Shown: in pieces, positions 1 through 13,289 of the stretch
Numbering within the stretch: the stretch's first letter is position 1
Layout: each line of letters opens with the position of its first letter
Assembly: GCF_009914755.1 (NCBI RefSeq)
Contig: NC_060928.1
Reading direction: 5' to 3' (one strand)
Source: the human T2T-CHM13v2.0 reference genome, Homo sapiens
DNA: 64,000 bases
Program-made: the position numbers and the translations under genes
The notes under the pieces: generated by a model
Databases searched by the model: none
Seen by the model: only the letters and a program-made list of their open reading frames with translations
What the model was told of the DNA's origin: nothing

Positions 1-1067
1 TTTGCCAGGACATGGTGTTTGGGGAAGACTAAGGAAATGAAAAAGAATAAACCCCCATGAATCACTGATGACGGGCAGATATCCTTGCAATTATGTGGCT
101 ATTCTGGGTGACCTTCATTCTCAAGGTCATCTTATGGTAATGATAAAAGGTGGCTACTCTAGCCACTTTGTTCACCATTGTCTTGCCCAAGCAGCTTATC
201 TAAAAGAGACGAGAGAGGTAAATGAAAGAAGTTATGGTGACTCTGATGGGGAACTATACAGCCCATTCCTAGGAGAGTTACAAAAGATGTGTTCATTAGG
301 GATACAACAAAGGACCTAGGAAAGAGAAGGTCTAGCTCCATATCCAAGTGAGTAAAGGCTAGGATTATGCAATAGCTAATTTCAAATAGTCCTATATTCT
401 GAGGATTCCCAGATTTTTATGTTCTTATTCCTTTACTCCTAGTCTCATCTGTAACATTCTCAAAAGACTTCAAGAGAGTTTTGTGTTATCTTAGTAACAT
501 GATAGTAAGAAGGGCACCTGTGTCACCATCCACAGTGGCCAGGAATGAAGGGAGTGTTGTGTGGGACATAGGAAAGGGAGAAGCAATAGGGAAAAGCAGG
601 CAGGCTGGTCCCAGAAGCCAAGTGGACAGATTCATAAGACTGACTGGGTTTTCCAGAGCTGGAACCTCCTGAAAAATCCTCAGCTTTCCCTCGCCCAGCC
701 TTCCCCCTTAGCTTAAGCCTAAGATGCATGTTCAAGATGTATGAAAGGTCTACATGTCTAGACTTCTCTCCCGAGACAAAGGGAAGGTGCCTAGGTGCAT
801 GAAGTCTGAGATGTATACAATTTGGGACAACCTCTTCAAGAAATAGAATACAAACTTGGGGATATAGAATTAATTATGGAGCCTTGGAACAAAGTGAAAG
901 AAAAAATAAGGCAAAGAGAACACCATATAAGAAAATACTGAATGGGACTCACGTGATTGGATTCTACAATTGACTTTATCATTAACCAATCATGTGAAAA
1001 TAAATGCATCACTCTCCTCACTGAGCCTAAGGTTTATTCTGGAAAATGGTGTCTCCTCCCCCATCTC

Positions 1068-1880
1068 CATCAGTCAGGGTCAAGGAAGGAAATAGATGGT
1101 TTGATATGGTTGGGCTCTGTGTCCCCACCCAAATCTCACCTTGAATTATAATAATCCCCACGTGATATGGGAGGGACCTGGTGGGAGGTAACTGAATCAT
1201 GGGGGCAGGTTTTTCCTGTGTTGTTCGTGATAGTGAAGAAGTCTTATGAGATCTGATGGTTTTATAAAACGCAGCTCCCCTGCACATGCCCTCTTGCCTG
1301 CCACCATGTAGGGGAGGCCATTGCCCCTCCTTCACCTTCTGCCATTATTGTGAGGCCTCCTCAGCCATGTGGAACTGTGAGTCCATTAAACCTCTTTTTT
1401 AAAAAAAATTACCCCAGTCTCAGGTATTTCTTCATAGCAATATGAAAATGGACTAATACATGGTTCATTCTAATTGGATCATAGCAGAAGGATTTGGTAG
1501 GTGAGGCCTGGATGAGGATAAAGTATAAGGAATTCTAGTAGAGTACCCAGGACTTGCAAAATGGAGAGTTGTCTCCAATGCTAGGCCTGAAAGGACAAGG
1601 ATTGAGAGTAAGTACTGAACCTTAGAGAGGGTAATAGTATGGAGAGGGCTTCCAGATGCCACCAACATTGAGCAACCTAAAGAAAAGGAGTTGGGGAAAT
1701 AAATACTCCATTGTCATTCGCCTCTCACCCACTACCTTCTGCTGAGGGTCCGTGTCCAAGAAACTCATCCAGAATTGTGAAGACAGAGGAACCCACTGAT
1801 GTGATCTATAAAGGTTGCTCTCCTGAGGCATAGAGGAGGAAAGAGAAGGGTGGAAGTGGGTCTGAAGGAGCAAAGTAGCA
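1068..1880 (-). mobile_element. Old ERVL LTR (LTR33/LTR41-like), split by the THE1C insertion
   Basis: Reverse complement of 1680-1875 reads TTTGCTCCTTCAGACCCACTTCCACCCTTCTC...GAGTATTTATTTCCCC, resembling the LTR33 5' end. The sequence resumes across the THE1C TSD. Boundaries approximate. Confidence 0.55.
1102..1460 (+). mobile_element. THE1C solo LTR (ERVL-MaLR)
   Basis: Starts TGATATGGTTGGGCTCTGTGTCCCCACCCAAATCTC and ends ATGAAAATGGACTAATACA. Perfect 5-bp TSD TGGTT at 1097-1101 and 1461-1465. Confidence 0.92.
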
Positions 1881-2254
1881 GTAAAGATTTCTGGTTCTCT
1901 TTAGACCTGGCGGGCTAATGGTCTGTCTGTATAGAAGATCTCCAAAAGTTTGCTGACTTACAACATGAATTTGGTAAACTTATCTCCTCCTTTTCCTTCT
2001 TCACCATGAAAATATCTCTGGCCAAAGAGAATAAAGGAAGCAATGTATGTATCTGTGCCCATTTCCCTCTGAAAATGGAGCATCTGTGATAAACTTCAAA
2101 TACAGCTCTGGGTATGCCGTGCGATTTCTCAGAGCTTCAGTTCATTCCTCAACTGCTCTGCAAGATGTTATGATGACCAGCTAAGATAATGGATTTTTGC
2201 TTTGTAAGCTGTAAATTGGCACACAAAAATTGGCCTTTGTCATAAGAACTAAAT

Positions 2255-2620
2255 AACAATAATAGTGACATTTTTGATGTTTGTCCTATGCTTCTGAACT
2301 ACACTTAATATTCTTCCAAATCACCCTTTGAAGAAAGTATTATTAACCCCCCTTTTTTACAGATGAGGAAACTGGAGATTGAGAGGGGTTACATAATTTG
2401 CTCCAAGTTATACAGGAAGAACAGCGCCTCTTAAACATGAATACAACTAGAATCAACTGATAAGACGCAGACTCTGATGACGAAAGTCTAGATGAGACCT
2501 GAGATTCCGAATTTGTAACAAGTTGATATTGCTGATCTACTAACCATGTCCTAAAGAGCAAGGAACTAAAAAGTGGAAAGCAGAGATGCAAATCCAGCAA
2601 CCTGACTCCAGAGCCTGGGT
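2255..2620 (-). mobile_element. MIR SINE interrupted by a MER5A-like hAT element (~2422-2562)
   Basis: MIR core TTTTACAGATGAGGAAACTGGAG at ~2355. MIR resumes at AAATCCAGCAACCTGACTCCAGAGCC after a degenerate MER5A-like block. Confidence 0.7.
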
Positions 2621-2897
2621 ATCAAAGCACTACAAAAACTTCTGGACTAACTCTACCCTGGTTTCAGGATCCTGCTGAAAGAAGTCAGGCCTGGGGACAC
2701 TGATGTGCAGAAGCTCTTGGAGGACAGAATGTAGGAGTGAGGATGGCTGTGAGGGAAGAGCAGATCACATAACCAGGCCTAAACGTGAATGGGACTGAGG
2801 AACTCTGTTGCCTCCCTCACCCCTTCCTGCCATTCAGGCCCCAAGGTCTAGACCTTCCACCTCCCATGGTCATGGACCTAATCTGGATCTTCATTTT

Positions 2898-3070
2898 CTA
2901 GAGCCAGCACCCCCAGTTCAAATCCTAGCTCTGCCATTTATTAGCTGGGTGACCCTGGGCAAGTTATTTATTCTTTCTTTGCCAAATGAGAGAAGACATT
3001 TCTCCTAAGATTATCGTGAGGGCTAAGCTACTGAAAATGCATTTAAAGTGCTTAGAAAAATGTCTAAACT
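2898..3070 (+). mobile_element. MIR SINE
   Basis: GTTCAAATCCTAGCTCTGCCATTTATTAGCTGGGTGACCCTGGGCAAGTTA matches the MIR core. Confidence 0.8.
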
Positions 3071-4420
3071 ACAGAGAACTGTAAACAAGTCAAAAAATAT
3101 CATAACTAGTCTCCTTTATTGTAGGTCAATTCCCCTCAGATCCATTCTCTTGTAAAGGCCAGATGAATCTTTCAATAAACTTGATCTGGCCTTGCCAGTT
3201 TTTACCTTCAGACCCTTTGATGATGGCCTTTGATTTCAGTGTGGTGTGCTTGGTTCTTCCTCTAAGCCTTGGGCCCTGCCATGTTCCTATACTCAGATCA
3301 CATTTAAAAAAAAAAAAAAAATCTGTTGTTCTCTGAAATTGATATTTACCTTTTCGCCTTTAAGCCTTTGTATGCACTATTTCCTCTGCCGGGACAGTAC
3401 CTCTTGTTCCTTCAAGGCAAAACTCAAACACCTCTGTGAGCCAGTCTCATTCCCCTATCTCTCTTCCCCATCTTCCCATCATGGCCAATTTTGTAAGAGA
3501 GCATGTGCCCCCAGAACTCTCTGTATCCTCCATTATGAAACATCACAGGGTGATCCATTTGTCCATGCCCATTACTCTCCTCTGGAATATGAGCCTATAT
3601 CATGCACCTCCTGAGCTAATGCAGGTCCTGGCATGTGATGGAGTATTCTAGGGATTTGATGCAAGATACAGAAAACAGGAAGCAAGGGAAGGAAGAAAGG
3701 AGAGAAGCAGAAGAAAGTCAGAGAAGAAGTTGGGGTAATTTGTGCTGCTGTAAACCCAGAACTCACACTTACTCATCAATATAAAGATTCACCCAATTTA
3801 GAAATAGGTTTTGTTTTCAAAAGTTTGTCCAGAATTTTCCTGGTTCTTTGGTGGGCATCCACATACTTCTCCACAGAAGTGATTCTGTATTGCAGGTTTG
3901 CAAGTTGTGATGTAAGTCAGGAATAGTAATTTATTTGTAAATTAGCCCCAGGCCAGTTCTGAAAAGCCTTTGTCAACTTTCAAGTCACCAGGTTATCAGC
4001 ATACTGAGGTTCTCGACTCTCAAATTCCAGACAGAAAAAGGTTCCTAAGGGAAAACGCTTGCCATATTTTAAGAGCAGGTCCCCTAAAAACACCTGATAA
4101 AGGGGCTTGGGGAAAGAATATAGGACAGGACCACAATCTGGGTCAAAGCTGGGGAGCAAATTTTTATAGGTAAAGTGTTCGTTCACCTCATTGGCTTAAT
4201 ATGTCATCTTTTATCAGCCTGTGGAGATGTAAGAGTCTGTTGATGGGGCCTTGTGTGTGACATGCAACGAGCAGTCCATGCATTGAGTGGATTCTGAGTT
4301 CTGCAATAACTCCAAGGATACATACTTGCTCTTCATCTCTCACAGCAATATTGTGGGATAAGAAATGCCAGCATTATCACTCTATGTGGAAGAAGTGAAA
4401 CAGCTGAAATGCTTAAGTTG

Positions 4421-4841
4421 CATAGTCACCAACCAACAAGTGGCTCCTACAAAAAGATATGTTCATGACCCAATCTTCAGCACCTGTGAATGTGACCTCA
4501 TTGGATAAAAAGTCTTTGCAGGTGTGATTGTTAGCAATCTAGAGATGAGGAGATCCCTTGAACAATCTGCATGGGCCCAAAATAAAATAATACGTGTTCA
4601 TGTAAGAGGACCACAGAGGAGAAAATGATGTTAAGATGGATCAGAGAAAGAAGTGCCCACAAGCCAAGGATTGCCTACAGATGCTGGAAGCAAGAAGAGG
4701 CAGTAGACAGATTCTTCCTGAGCGCTCTAGCCCTGCAGGCACTTTGATTTCAGATTTTTGAGCTCAAGAGCTGTGACAGAATACATTTCTATCGTTTTAA
4801 GCCATCAAATACATGGTAATGTGGCCTCTGGAAACTAAAAC
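4421..4841 (+). mobile_element. MLT1C/D MaLR solo LTR inserted in a MIR
   Basis: CACCTGTGAATGTGACCTCATTGG...GTCTTTGCAGGTGTGATT and 3' TTTTAAGCCATC...GGAAACTAAAACA. MIR (-) sequence lies on both sides. Confidence 0.75.
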
Positions 4842-4864
4842 AATGGCAAAGCCAGGATTCAATC

Positions 4865-5220
4865 CAAAGTCTGCCTGGCTCTGCTCTGTGACTTGGGACA
4901 CGTTATTTATGTTTCACAGGCTTCAATTCCTGATTATAGCAAAAATTAAATGAGGTAATGTGCTCATATCCAGTACCTGACACACTGCCCAGTGGCAGCC
5001 CTCACCATAGTTTAGTAGGAGTTTATGAAGCAAGGAGCATACAGGAAGAGAACCTTCAGAGGCCATGAAGCTTGACTTCAGAGGTCCTGATGACCCTCTC
5101 TTCCACTTCCTAGCTGTGTGGCTTTAATCAACTTACCCTCTTAGGCCTGAGTTTCCTCATTATTAACATGGAAATAATATCTACCACCTAGGACTGTGTT
5201 ATGCATATAAAACAAGATCA
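4865..5220 (+). mobile_element. Two degenerate MIR fragments
   Basis: CTGTGACTTGGGACACGTTA (~4886) and CTTCCTAGCTGTGTGGCTTTAATC...GAGTTTCCTCAT (~5105-5160). Confidence 0.6.
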
Positions 5221-6134
5221 AGTTGAAACGCAGCATGATAAAGACTAGTTGGTTTGTACTTCTTCCTTCTCAGTTTCTCAGAATTAGAAACATAATCCCA
5301 GTTTCTCTGCTGGGGAAAAGCTAGATATGTATAAGGCGAGATTTGGCTAAATTGTTTTTTAAATGTTCAGTGAAAAGTCCAGTCTTTCATCCCTCAGATA
5401 GTGTCCATGCTGAGTCCACTCAGGGCTAATCACTGGGGACCCAGAGTCAAATATAAATGAGCAGAACTCATTTCAGCAACTTAAAATTCTCTCAGAATTC
5501 ATTATTTGAGTGCTCTGAACTGAACTTGAACTCTCTGGCATTCAAATTGGCTTATACAGTTTTGATTGCAAGAAAAGAGAATTTTAAAAAGTCATTAAAC
5601 AAGGTGAAAAGCCTTATTGGATATGAATTGGCTCTTAAAGAATATTACAATGATATAAAGCTCAAATGGGTCAGAAATTTATGAAAGTCATTTCCCTTAA
5701 ATAAAACATGATTTTAAAATTCAAGGGAGAACACTTTGCCAAATTTACTTGGTGTTTTAAAACATCTGAAGAACTGCAAGAGATTTTGTTCATTCCAAAG
5801 ACAACATGCTAGACAGCAGGATATCCACATCAGAACTGAGGTCTCCACTGGGCCTAAGGCATGTGCATGAAGCCACCTGCACAGCCCTGCTGGTCTCAGG
5901 ATAGAGCCACACTGATTGCCCCTTGTTTCCCCAACTGTGAAGGCCATTTAAGACCCAGGCATTGGACATACAGATTAAGAGCCCCAGTTATCACAGGATA
6001 TACTATACTGGAATTGCTTGCTCTTCAAACAGAACGCAAACTTCTTGAAGGCAAATAATGGGCCTTTTTACTGTTACATTACCAAACACCTTGCAGAATG
6101 ACCAGTCAATACATGGGGGTTAATGACTGAGTAG

Positions 6135-6480
6135 GTGAGGAAGGAAGGAAGGAAAGAAGGAGAGGGAAAGAAAATGAAGGAAACAGTGGATGGATAAACA
6201 GATAGGTAGATGAGTGAGTATATGGATGAATATGATGATATGTAAGTGTATGGATGGTTAGATGGGCAAAGCAAAATGGGTAAGACAGATAAATGATCAT
6301 GATAAAGATAGATAGATAGATAGATAAGATAGATAAGGATGGACAGATGAATAAGTTGATGTATGGAAGGATGTATATGTGAAAAATGAAGGATTCGATA
6401 ATACATGGATAAAAGGAAGGAAGGGAAAGATGGATGGATGGACAAATAGATGAATGGATGGATAAACAGATGAATATAGG
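6135..6480 (+). repeat. Degenerate purine-rich simple repeat (GGAA/TGGA/GATA)n
   Basis: Runs of GGAA, GATG/TGGA and GATA. Explains the spurious S/I/H/P/Y-rich ORFs 6074-6445 and 6106-6300. Confidence 0.85.
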
Positions 6481-7724
6481 GCCTACCTAGGAATTCTTAT
6501 GCGAAGGGACTATCTAGCAATTCCACACTTGAATATTATACTCCCATGTTTCTATTTCCCTTTTAAAAGGTCACATTTACCTTGTAAAACAGTGGCCTGT
6601 AATGCCTTAATCCCAAAATAATATACTATACCCTTACAATTCTTTCTGCTTCAACAAAAAAGTAACATGTGGCAATGAACAAAACAACTGGAGGTCACAG
6701 AATCTGCTCCAAGGTGACAGCTAGTAGGGTAGAAATGGGATTTGAAACAGTCAACAGCTATCCATATAATCATCATACCATGCTGTTTTCTCTTGTTGGC
6801 TAAGTGTTAAATTTGGATGCAGCCAAAGTTATGTCATGTTATACAAAACCTACACCTAAATTTCTATCTTTCATGGTTCTTGTGAACACATATTGGTGCC
6901 AATATATTATGCAACCTTCAAAGAAACCCTAGGAAATATCTAATACGATTCTCTAACATGTAAGTTAGGAAAAGGATGATCACAAAGGTTGAGTCACCTG
7001 CCAAAGCCCACATAGGTCCGTAGCTGAGCTGGGATTGGATGGAGCCCTGATTCCCCTGGCTCTGAGGCTGACTCACTTCCCATCAGTGTCTGCCTTTCTG
7101 TGAGATGCTCATTTCTTTGCACAGTCATAAAGGAAACCCAAAGGAGTCCTCAGTGATGGTAATGAAACCTGACACCTAGGCTGAAAATAGTCCAGCGGGT
7201 CTGTAAGGGAATTTGGAAGCAGAAAGTAATGTTCAATACTCTCAGATGCCCCTGAAAGTCTCCTCTAATCTCACTCCTGAGGGGTCGCCTCTCCCCAACT
7301 TTGTGACTCAGAAAGACTTGGTCTCCCTTGTGGCATTAGCAATTAGTTTCAGAACCAATGATCCTTCCTCACTGTGAGTCTCTAGTCCTGCTGCTGAGAA
7401 AGCACCATCATCACCCAACAAGTCTATACATGGAGTTGCTCCTCACAATGCCCTGAGCTAAGCCTGTACATTTTTAAGGAGCAGAGATGTGGTTAGAAGG
7501 GGAATAAGTCAATGGAGATCCCAAGAGATGGAGAACAGCCAAGAATCAGAGACCCTGTGACCTGGAAAACATCAGAGATCAGCTGGATGAACACCTTCAA
7601 TTTATACACAGTGATGTGAGACTCAGAAACACCCATGAATCACTACAACTCTCATCCACTCATCATGCACTGCAATGTCGAACTCATTTAAATCCTTACC
7701 AAAAATTAAGCAGTAGGTGATAAC

Positions 7725-7845
7725 CCAAAGAGAAAACAAATGCTCAGAAATAGGTGACTTGCCCAAGGTCACAGAGCTAGTAAGTGGCAGAGGTAATCCA
7801 GGCAGGCAGGTTTCTGATCTCCATACCACTGCTCTTTCCACAGCC
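7725..7845 (-). mobile_element. MIR SINE
   Basis: GGTGACTTGCCCAAGGTCACAGAGCTAGTAAGTGGCAGAG. Confidence 0.8.
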
Positions 7846-8714
7846 CCTGTGCTTTTTGAAGGTCCTAAGGCTTACAGTCAAAGAAAAAAGCAAGGGATGA
7901 GGAGAAGAGAGTCAAAAAGAACAAAGAGAATGGAGGAGGTACCCAGGCTCAGGTTTAAGGCATGTGCAGCCCCTGAGAAATGCTTGCAGAGATGTGTGTC
8001 TGCATGCATGGTTGAAGAGAAGGGGAAAGGGTTTCATGCGTTATTGACCTTTTCTCCCACTGGTTTGGTGGGATTGGGAAAATAACAAGCAGGGAATCCC
8101 TCCAGGTTACAGGACATGGTAGTGATAAATGGACATGCGTGTGGGCATGCGTGTATATATGCCTATCTTTTCACAGTTGTCAGCCTTTGTTTATTCTAGT
8201 ACATAAAGTTTCCTTGCATTTCTTGAAAAGTTCTGAGAACTCATCTGAGAAATGAATTGAAAAAGTTAAAAACAAAAATGTTGAACAGAAATATAAGTGC
8301 CATGGAGTTCAAAGGGCACTGCTGTGCATTAGTTGTTGTGGGGGAAGGGGGAGGTGTAGATGATAGGTAGGGTCCAGCAGGCCAGTGAGGGAATTTGCAA
8401 CTGCCTGGCCATTATGCTTAGCTTCTGCTGCACACATTCTGATGCTTTGTGATATTGGGAAACAATCAATCTACCCATGAGCTTCCTTCCCCTGAAACTC
8501 AAAGCTAACCAACCACACCTCTGCTAGCCTTTTTTTTTCCTCCCTCCACAAGTTTAGCATGGAGGGAGAGGTTGGTGTGGTAGTGTTGGAGTTAATTATA
8601 CACTTCTAGGTGCTGCTCCTTTACTCCCTGATGGTGATATTGTAAGCCACGCATTGTTCTGAGGTTGTATTTCCATCTGTAAGTGGGGGTAGTAACACAT
8701 TTGCTCCCTTTTTT

Positions 8715-9020
8715 TGCTCTGCACATCAGCCATGCTGGTTTTCTCAAGTGTGCCCTCCGACTCTGGCATGCGTTATTCCCTCTGTTCAGAATACTCTTCT
8801 CAACCCTTACCCCATTATACAGTCTACTAGACATGTACCCTGGCCCTCATAGATCTGTCAGAGTTCCCCTTTTACATTTGTCATGGTGGCTATTTGCCAT
8901 CATCTCTCTCCCACAAAATTTCCCAAAGTGAAGGATTGTGTCTGCTTTTGCTTGCAGTTATAGCCCAGTGTCCAAGCTCTGTGCCCTACACTTAGTGAGT
9001 GCTCAAAAAATATTTGAACT
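8715..9020 (+). mobile_element. L2 LINE 3' fragment
   Basis: Pyrimidine-rich body ending in an L2-type tail GTGAGTGCTCAAAAAATATTTGAA. Confidence 0.55.
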
Positions 9021-9072
9021 GTTATGTTTCTTTCAAAGTGTTGTCCTAAAGGAGAAAGGATTGAATCAATCT

Positions 9073-9837
9073 AAAAGGCCATTATCAAAAAACAAAAGAC
9101 AAGTGCTGGTAATATGGAGAAATTGATAACCTTACACACTGTTAGTGGGAATAAAAAAAATGGTGCAGCCACTACGGAAAACAGTATGGAGGTTCCTCAA
9201 AAAATTAAACATAGAACTACCATATGATCCAGAAATTCCACTTCTGGGTATTTATCCAAAATAAGTGAAATCAGGATCTCTAAGAGATACTAGCATTCCC
9301 ATTTGTTGAAGCACTATTTATAACAGCCAAGATGTGAAAGCAACATAAATGTTCATTGACAGGTGAATGGATAAAGAAAATGTGGCATATACATACAGTA
9401 GAATATTATTTAGCCTTTAAAAAGAAAAAAATTCTGCCATATGTGACAACATGGATGAACCTTTAAAACATTGCACTGAAAGCAATATAAGCCAGTTTCA
9501 GAAAGACAAATACCACATGATTCCACTTACGTGAGGTATCTAAAATACCTACAATAGTATCTAAAATAGTCAAATTCATAGAATCAAAGAGGGTAATGGT
9601 GGTTGGTGGATGCCAGGGCCTGGGGGGGAGGGAGAAATGGGGAGTTAGTAGTCAATGGGTTCAAAGTTTCAGTCAAGCAAGTTGAATAAGTTCTAGAGAT
9701 CTAGAGATTGTTGTACCTATAGTCAGCAATCCTATACACATCAATATTGTACACTTGAATTTTTAAAAAATGTTTAGGAGGGTAGATCATGTGGGAAGCA
9801 TTCTTACCACAATATGATTAATAAAGTAAAAAATAAG
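9073..9837 (+). mobile_element. L1MA/L1MB 3' end (5'-truncated LINE-1)
   Basis: ORF2 C-terminal motif GGTGCAGCCACTACGGAAAACAGTATGGAGGTTCCTCAAAAAATTAAACATAGAACTACCATATGATCCAG, then an L1MB-type 3' UTR and A-rich tail. Confidence 0.88.
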
Positions 9838-10751
9838 AATTCACCAAACAAATATGAATTATGAGAATTATCTTGGAAAGAACATGCATATAAATGTAGA
9901 CTCATAAGTGGGTCTTATTTTTCCCTGAGCATCCTACTCTCTCCTCTTGGGCCCATAGTCATATGTGGAATATTCCCAATCTCTACTTTCTCCACCATGA
10001 GCAGCCAAGACCACCTGAGAGATGCATATAAAGTGCTGGATCATCACCTGGGAAGTTGTGAGCACTCAGTTAATGGCAGTTCCCTTTCTTCCTATTTGGT
10101 TTATATTGTGAAGAATACTTGAGACCATGGTCACAAAAATTATTCATAGCATCAAGGCATCTTCCGGCATGACTCAGTGTTTTCTGAAGACATACGAGAC
10201 TTCCTATGCTTGATTTCGCATAATTGAACAGACTATCCCCACTTTATTTAGTAGATAAAAGACCTTGTCTCATGCTTCATCTTTTACTCTTCCCTGAGGT
10301 GTAGTCATTTGCCTGCTTAATAGCAGTAGTCATTGGTTCATAGCGTGGAGCTACTTTACAAGGACCCCAAGCCCTGGGAATCTCTTCTCTCTCTTCCCTT
10401 CCACACCTGCACCAGTGACAGAGTGACCTAAATAAAGGAGTCTGGACTGTAGCATCCAACTTTGCCAGGGTGGGCTAACTCAAGGCCTAGACAGGGAGCT
10501 GGAGTTAGCAAGCCCATTTTCAATCTCAGTCTATAAGATGTATGTCTACATAGACTTTATCAATAATAAATCTAACATTTTCTTCTCTATTTGCTAATTC
10601 TCTTGCCTATTTCTCAATTGTTTCAAAACTCTGGTAGAAAAGAGAGGGCTGCAAGTTACAGACCCTATCACATACCCTGACGCTGCCCCCACCCCTCATT
10701 TCCCTGGCACATAGTAAAAAGCAATTTCAGGAATGAATAATATTATTTAAT

Positions 10752-10971
10752 ATATATTATCTAATAGATATCTAATATATAATATTATCTAATAGATATC
10801 TAATATATATTATCTAATAGATATCTAATATATAATATTATCTAATAGATATCTAATATATAATATTATCTAATAGATATCTAATATATAATATTATCTA
10901 ATAGATATCTAATATATAATATTATCTAATAGATATCTAATATATATTATCTAATAGATATCTAATATATA
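10752..10971. repeat. AT-rich minisatellite, 8 copies of a 28/25-bp unit (TATTATCTAATAGATATCTAATATATAA)
   Basis: GATATC cores at 10767, 10795, 10820, 10848, 10876, 10904, 10932 and 10957 (spacings 28,25,28,28,28,28,25). Confidence 0.95.
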
Positions 10972-11034
10972 AAGTTTATCATGTGCTAGGCACTGTTCTA
11001 AGCATTTCACATGTTTTGCTTCACTCCCATGCTG

Positions 11035-11660
11035 AAATCCAGGCATTTAGAACACCCACTCACCTGAACCAGCAACCTGAGGTGCCCTACCCTTCATAGA
11101 CATAGATTATGATGCAGCAGGACCCTCCCTACTCTATGCCCAGGGAAATATCCAGGCATTCAGAGCACCCACTCACCTGGATCAGCAGACTGACCTGCCC
11201 AACCCTTCCCATGCAGAAATTCTAGTACAGGGAGGCTTCCTCTGCTTCACACCCAAGTAGATCTCCAGGCATTCGGAGCACCGGCTTGCCTGGATCAGCA
11301 GCCTGAGCCACCCCACCTTACCGAGACATAGATTGTGGTGTAACAAGGTCCTCCCTGCTCCACACCCAGGCAGATCTCCACACCCAGGCAGATCTCCACC
11401 TGATTCAGTGCACCAGCTCACCTGAATCAGCAGCCTGAACTGCTCCACGCTTAATGGACATAGATCACAATGCAGCAGGGTCTTCTTTGCTCCCTACCCA
11501 GGCAGATCTCCAGGCATTCAAAGCACCTTCTCACCTGGATCAGCCACCTGAGTGGCCCTACCACTTCTGTGTAGAGATCTTAGTATAGGGGAGCCCTCCT
11601 TCACCTATGCCCAGGCAGATCTCTAGGCATTGAGAGGACCCATTTTCCTGGATTAGGAGT
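11035..11660 (+). repeat. ~6 diverged ~113-bp monomers in the L1 5' UTR
   Basis: Recurring (A/G)GATCTCCAGGCATTCRGAGCACC..CTCACCTGGATCAGC motif at ~11039, 11152, 11265, 11397, 11510 and 11623. Confidence 0.85.
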
Positions 11661-13289
11661 TTAGACTGTCCCCTAGCGCCATGTGGAGAACTTGGGGCCA
11701 AGAAGGTTTCCTAGATCATTGCCTAGGCACACCTCTGGACATTTGATGGCCACCCACTGGATTCTCCCTCAGCACTAGTGCTTGTGCCTGCAATCAGAGG
11801 ACCCATAAGAGTACATGCTCAGTCTGGCCCTGCTCAACATGGTCACTATCCCCTTGGGGCTGAGCAGGAAGCTCAGACCACTATGCATTTCACCAGTCAG
11901 CCCATTGACTGAAGCAACAGGGAGCTTCTGCCAGCAAACAAGGATCAAGTATATACCCAGCCATGTTGGCCACAGCCAGCTCTTACCTATAAGCACCCTC
12001 TACTGGTTGGGATGTCAAACTGCACAGCCCAGTACAAAACCTGCAGAAAGAAGTGCATAGGGGCATAGGAGCAAAGCCAAAAGATCCTACCCTGCATTGT
12101 TTACAACTGCATCCCCTAAGGAGTGAGGGGAAGGAAGGGGGAAAAATATATTATAGAGAAAGCAAGAAAAAGGAAATATCCTACCCACAAAAAAAAAATT
12201 ACAAAAATTAAAAGTGCCAGCATCTCCAGATGGGAAGGAACCAGTACAAAAATTCTGGTGCCATGAAAATTCTGAATGTAATTACCCCACCAAAGGATTA
12301 CACTAGGTCTCCAGCAATGGCCCCTAATGAAAATGGGAACTCAGAATTTACAGATAAATAATTCAAAACATGGATTGCAAGGAAGCTCAACAAGATCCAC
12401 GCCAAGGTTGAAAATTGACGCAAAGAAACTTCTAAAGCAATCGAGGAAATGAAGAAAGAGAGACATATTTAAAAGAAATCAATCAGAGCTTCTGGAATTG
12501 AAAAACTCACTTAAGGAATTTCAAAATACAATTGAAAGCTTTATCAGTAGACTTGATCAAGTAGAAGAGAGAATTTCAGAGCTTGAAGACTGGTCTTTCC
12601 AAGTAATCCAATCAGACAAAAATAAAAAAGAATTTTAAAAAATTAAAAAAGTCTTCAAGAAATATGGTATTATGTAAAGTAACCAAACCTATGAGTCATT
12701 AGCATTTCTGAGAGAAGGATAAAAAGCAAATGACCTGGAAAACATATTACAGAGAAAAATTGAAGAAAATTTTCCTAATTTTACTAGACAGGTAGACATC
12801 CAGATACAAGAAATCCAGAGAATACTATGAGATACTGTACAAAATGAACAGGAGGGCATAGAGATACCAGATTGTCCAAGGTCAATGCAAAAGAAACCTT
12901 AAAGAGAAAGGCCTAGAGAAAAAGGTCAGATCATGTGCACAGGGAATCCCATCAGGCTAACAGCAGAAACCTTATAAGCCTGAAGAGATTGGGGGTCTAA
13001 ACTTAGCATTTTTCAAGAAAAGAAATTTCAACTGACAATTTTATATCCCTCCCTAAGTTTCATAAGCAAAGGAGACATAAAATCTTTTCCAGATAAGCAA
13101 GTTTTAAGGGAATTCATTACCACTACACGAGCATTACAAGAGATTCTTCAGAGCATTCTAAACATGGAAACAAAGAACAATAACAGCTACCACAAAAATG
13201 CACCTAAGTACATAGTCAATAGACCCTATAAAACATCCACACAATACAAACTACAAAGCAACAAGCCAATAACTTCGTGGTAGCCCCAA

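Noticed and set aside
10752-10971. 28-bp palindromic repeats superficially like a CRISPR array
   Set aside because: No unique spacers, no cas genes, and the DNA is primate; this is a tandem minisatellite.
11035-11660. Regularly spaced ~113-bp motif as a repeat-spacer array
   Set aside because: The whole monomer is homologous between copies and it is part of the L1 5' UTR.
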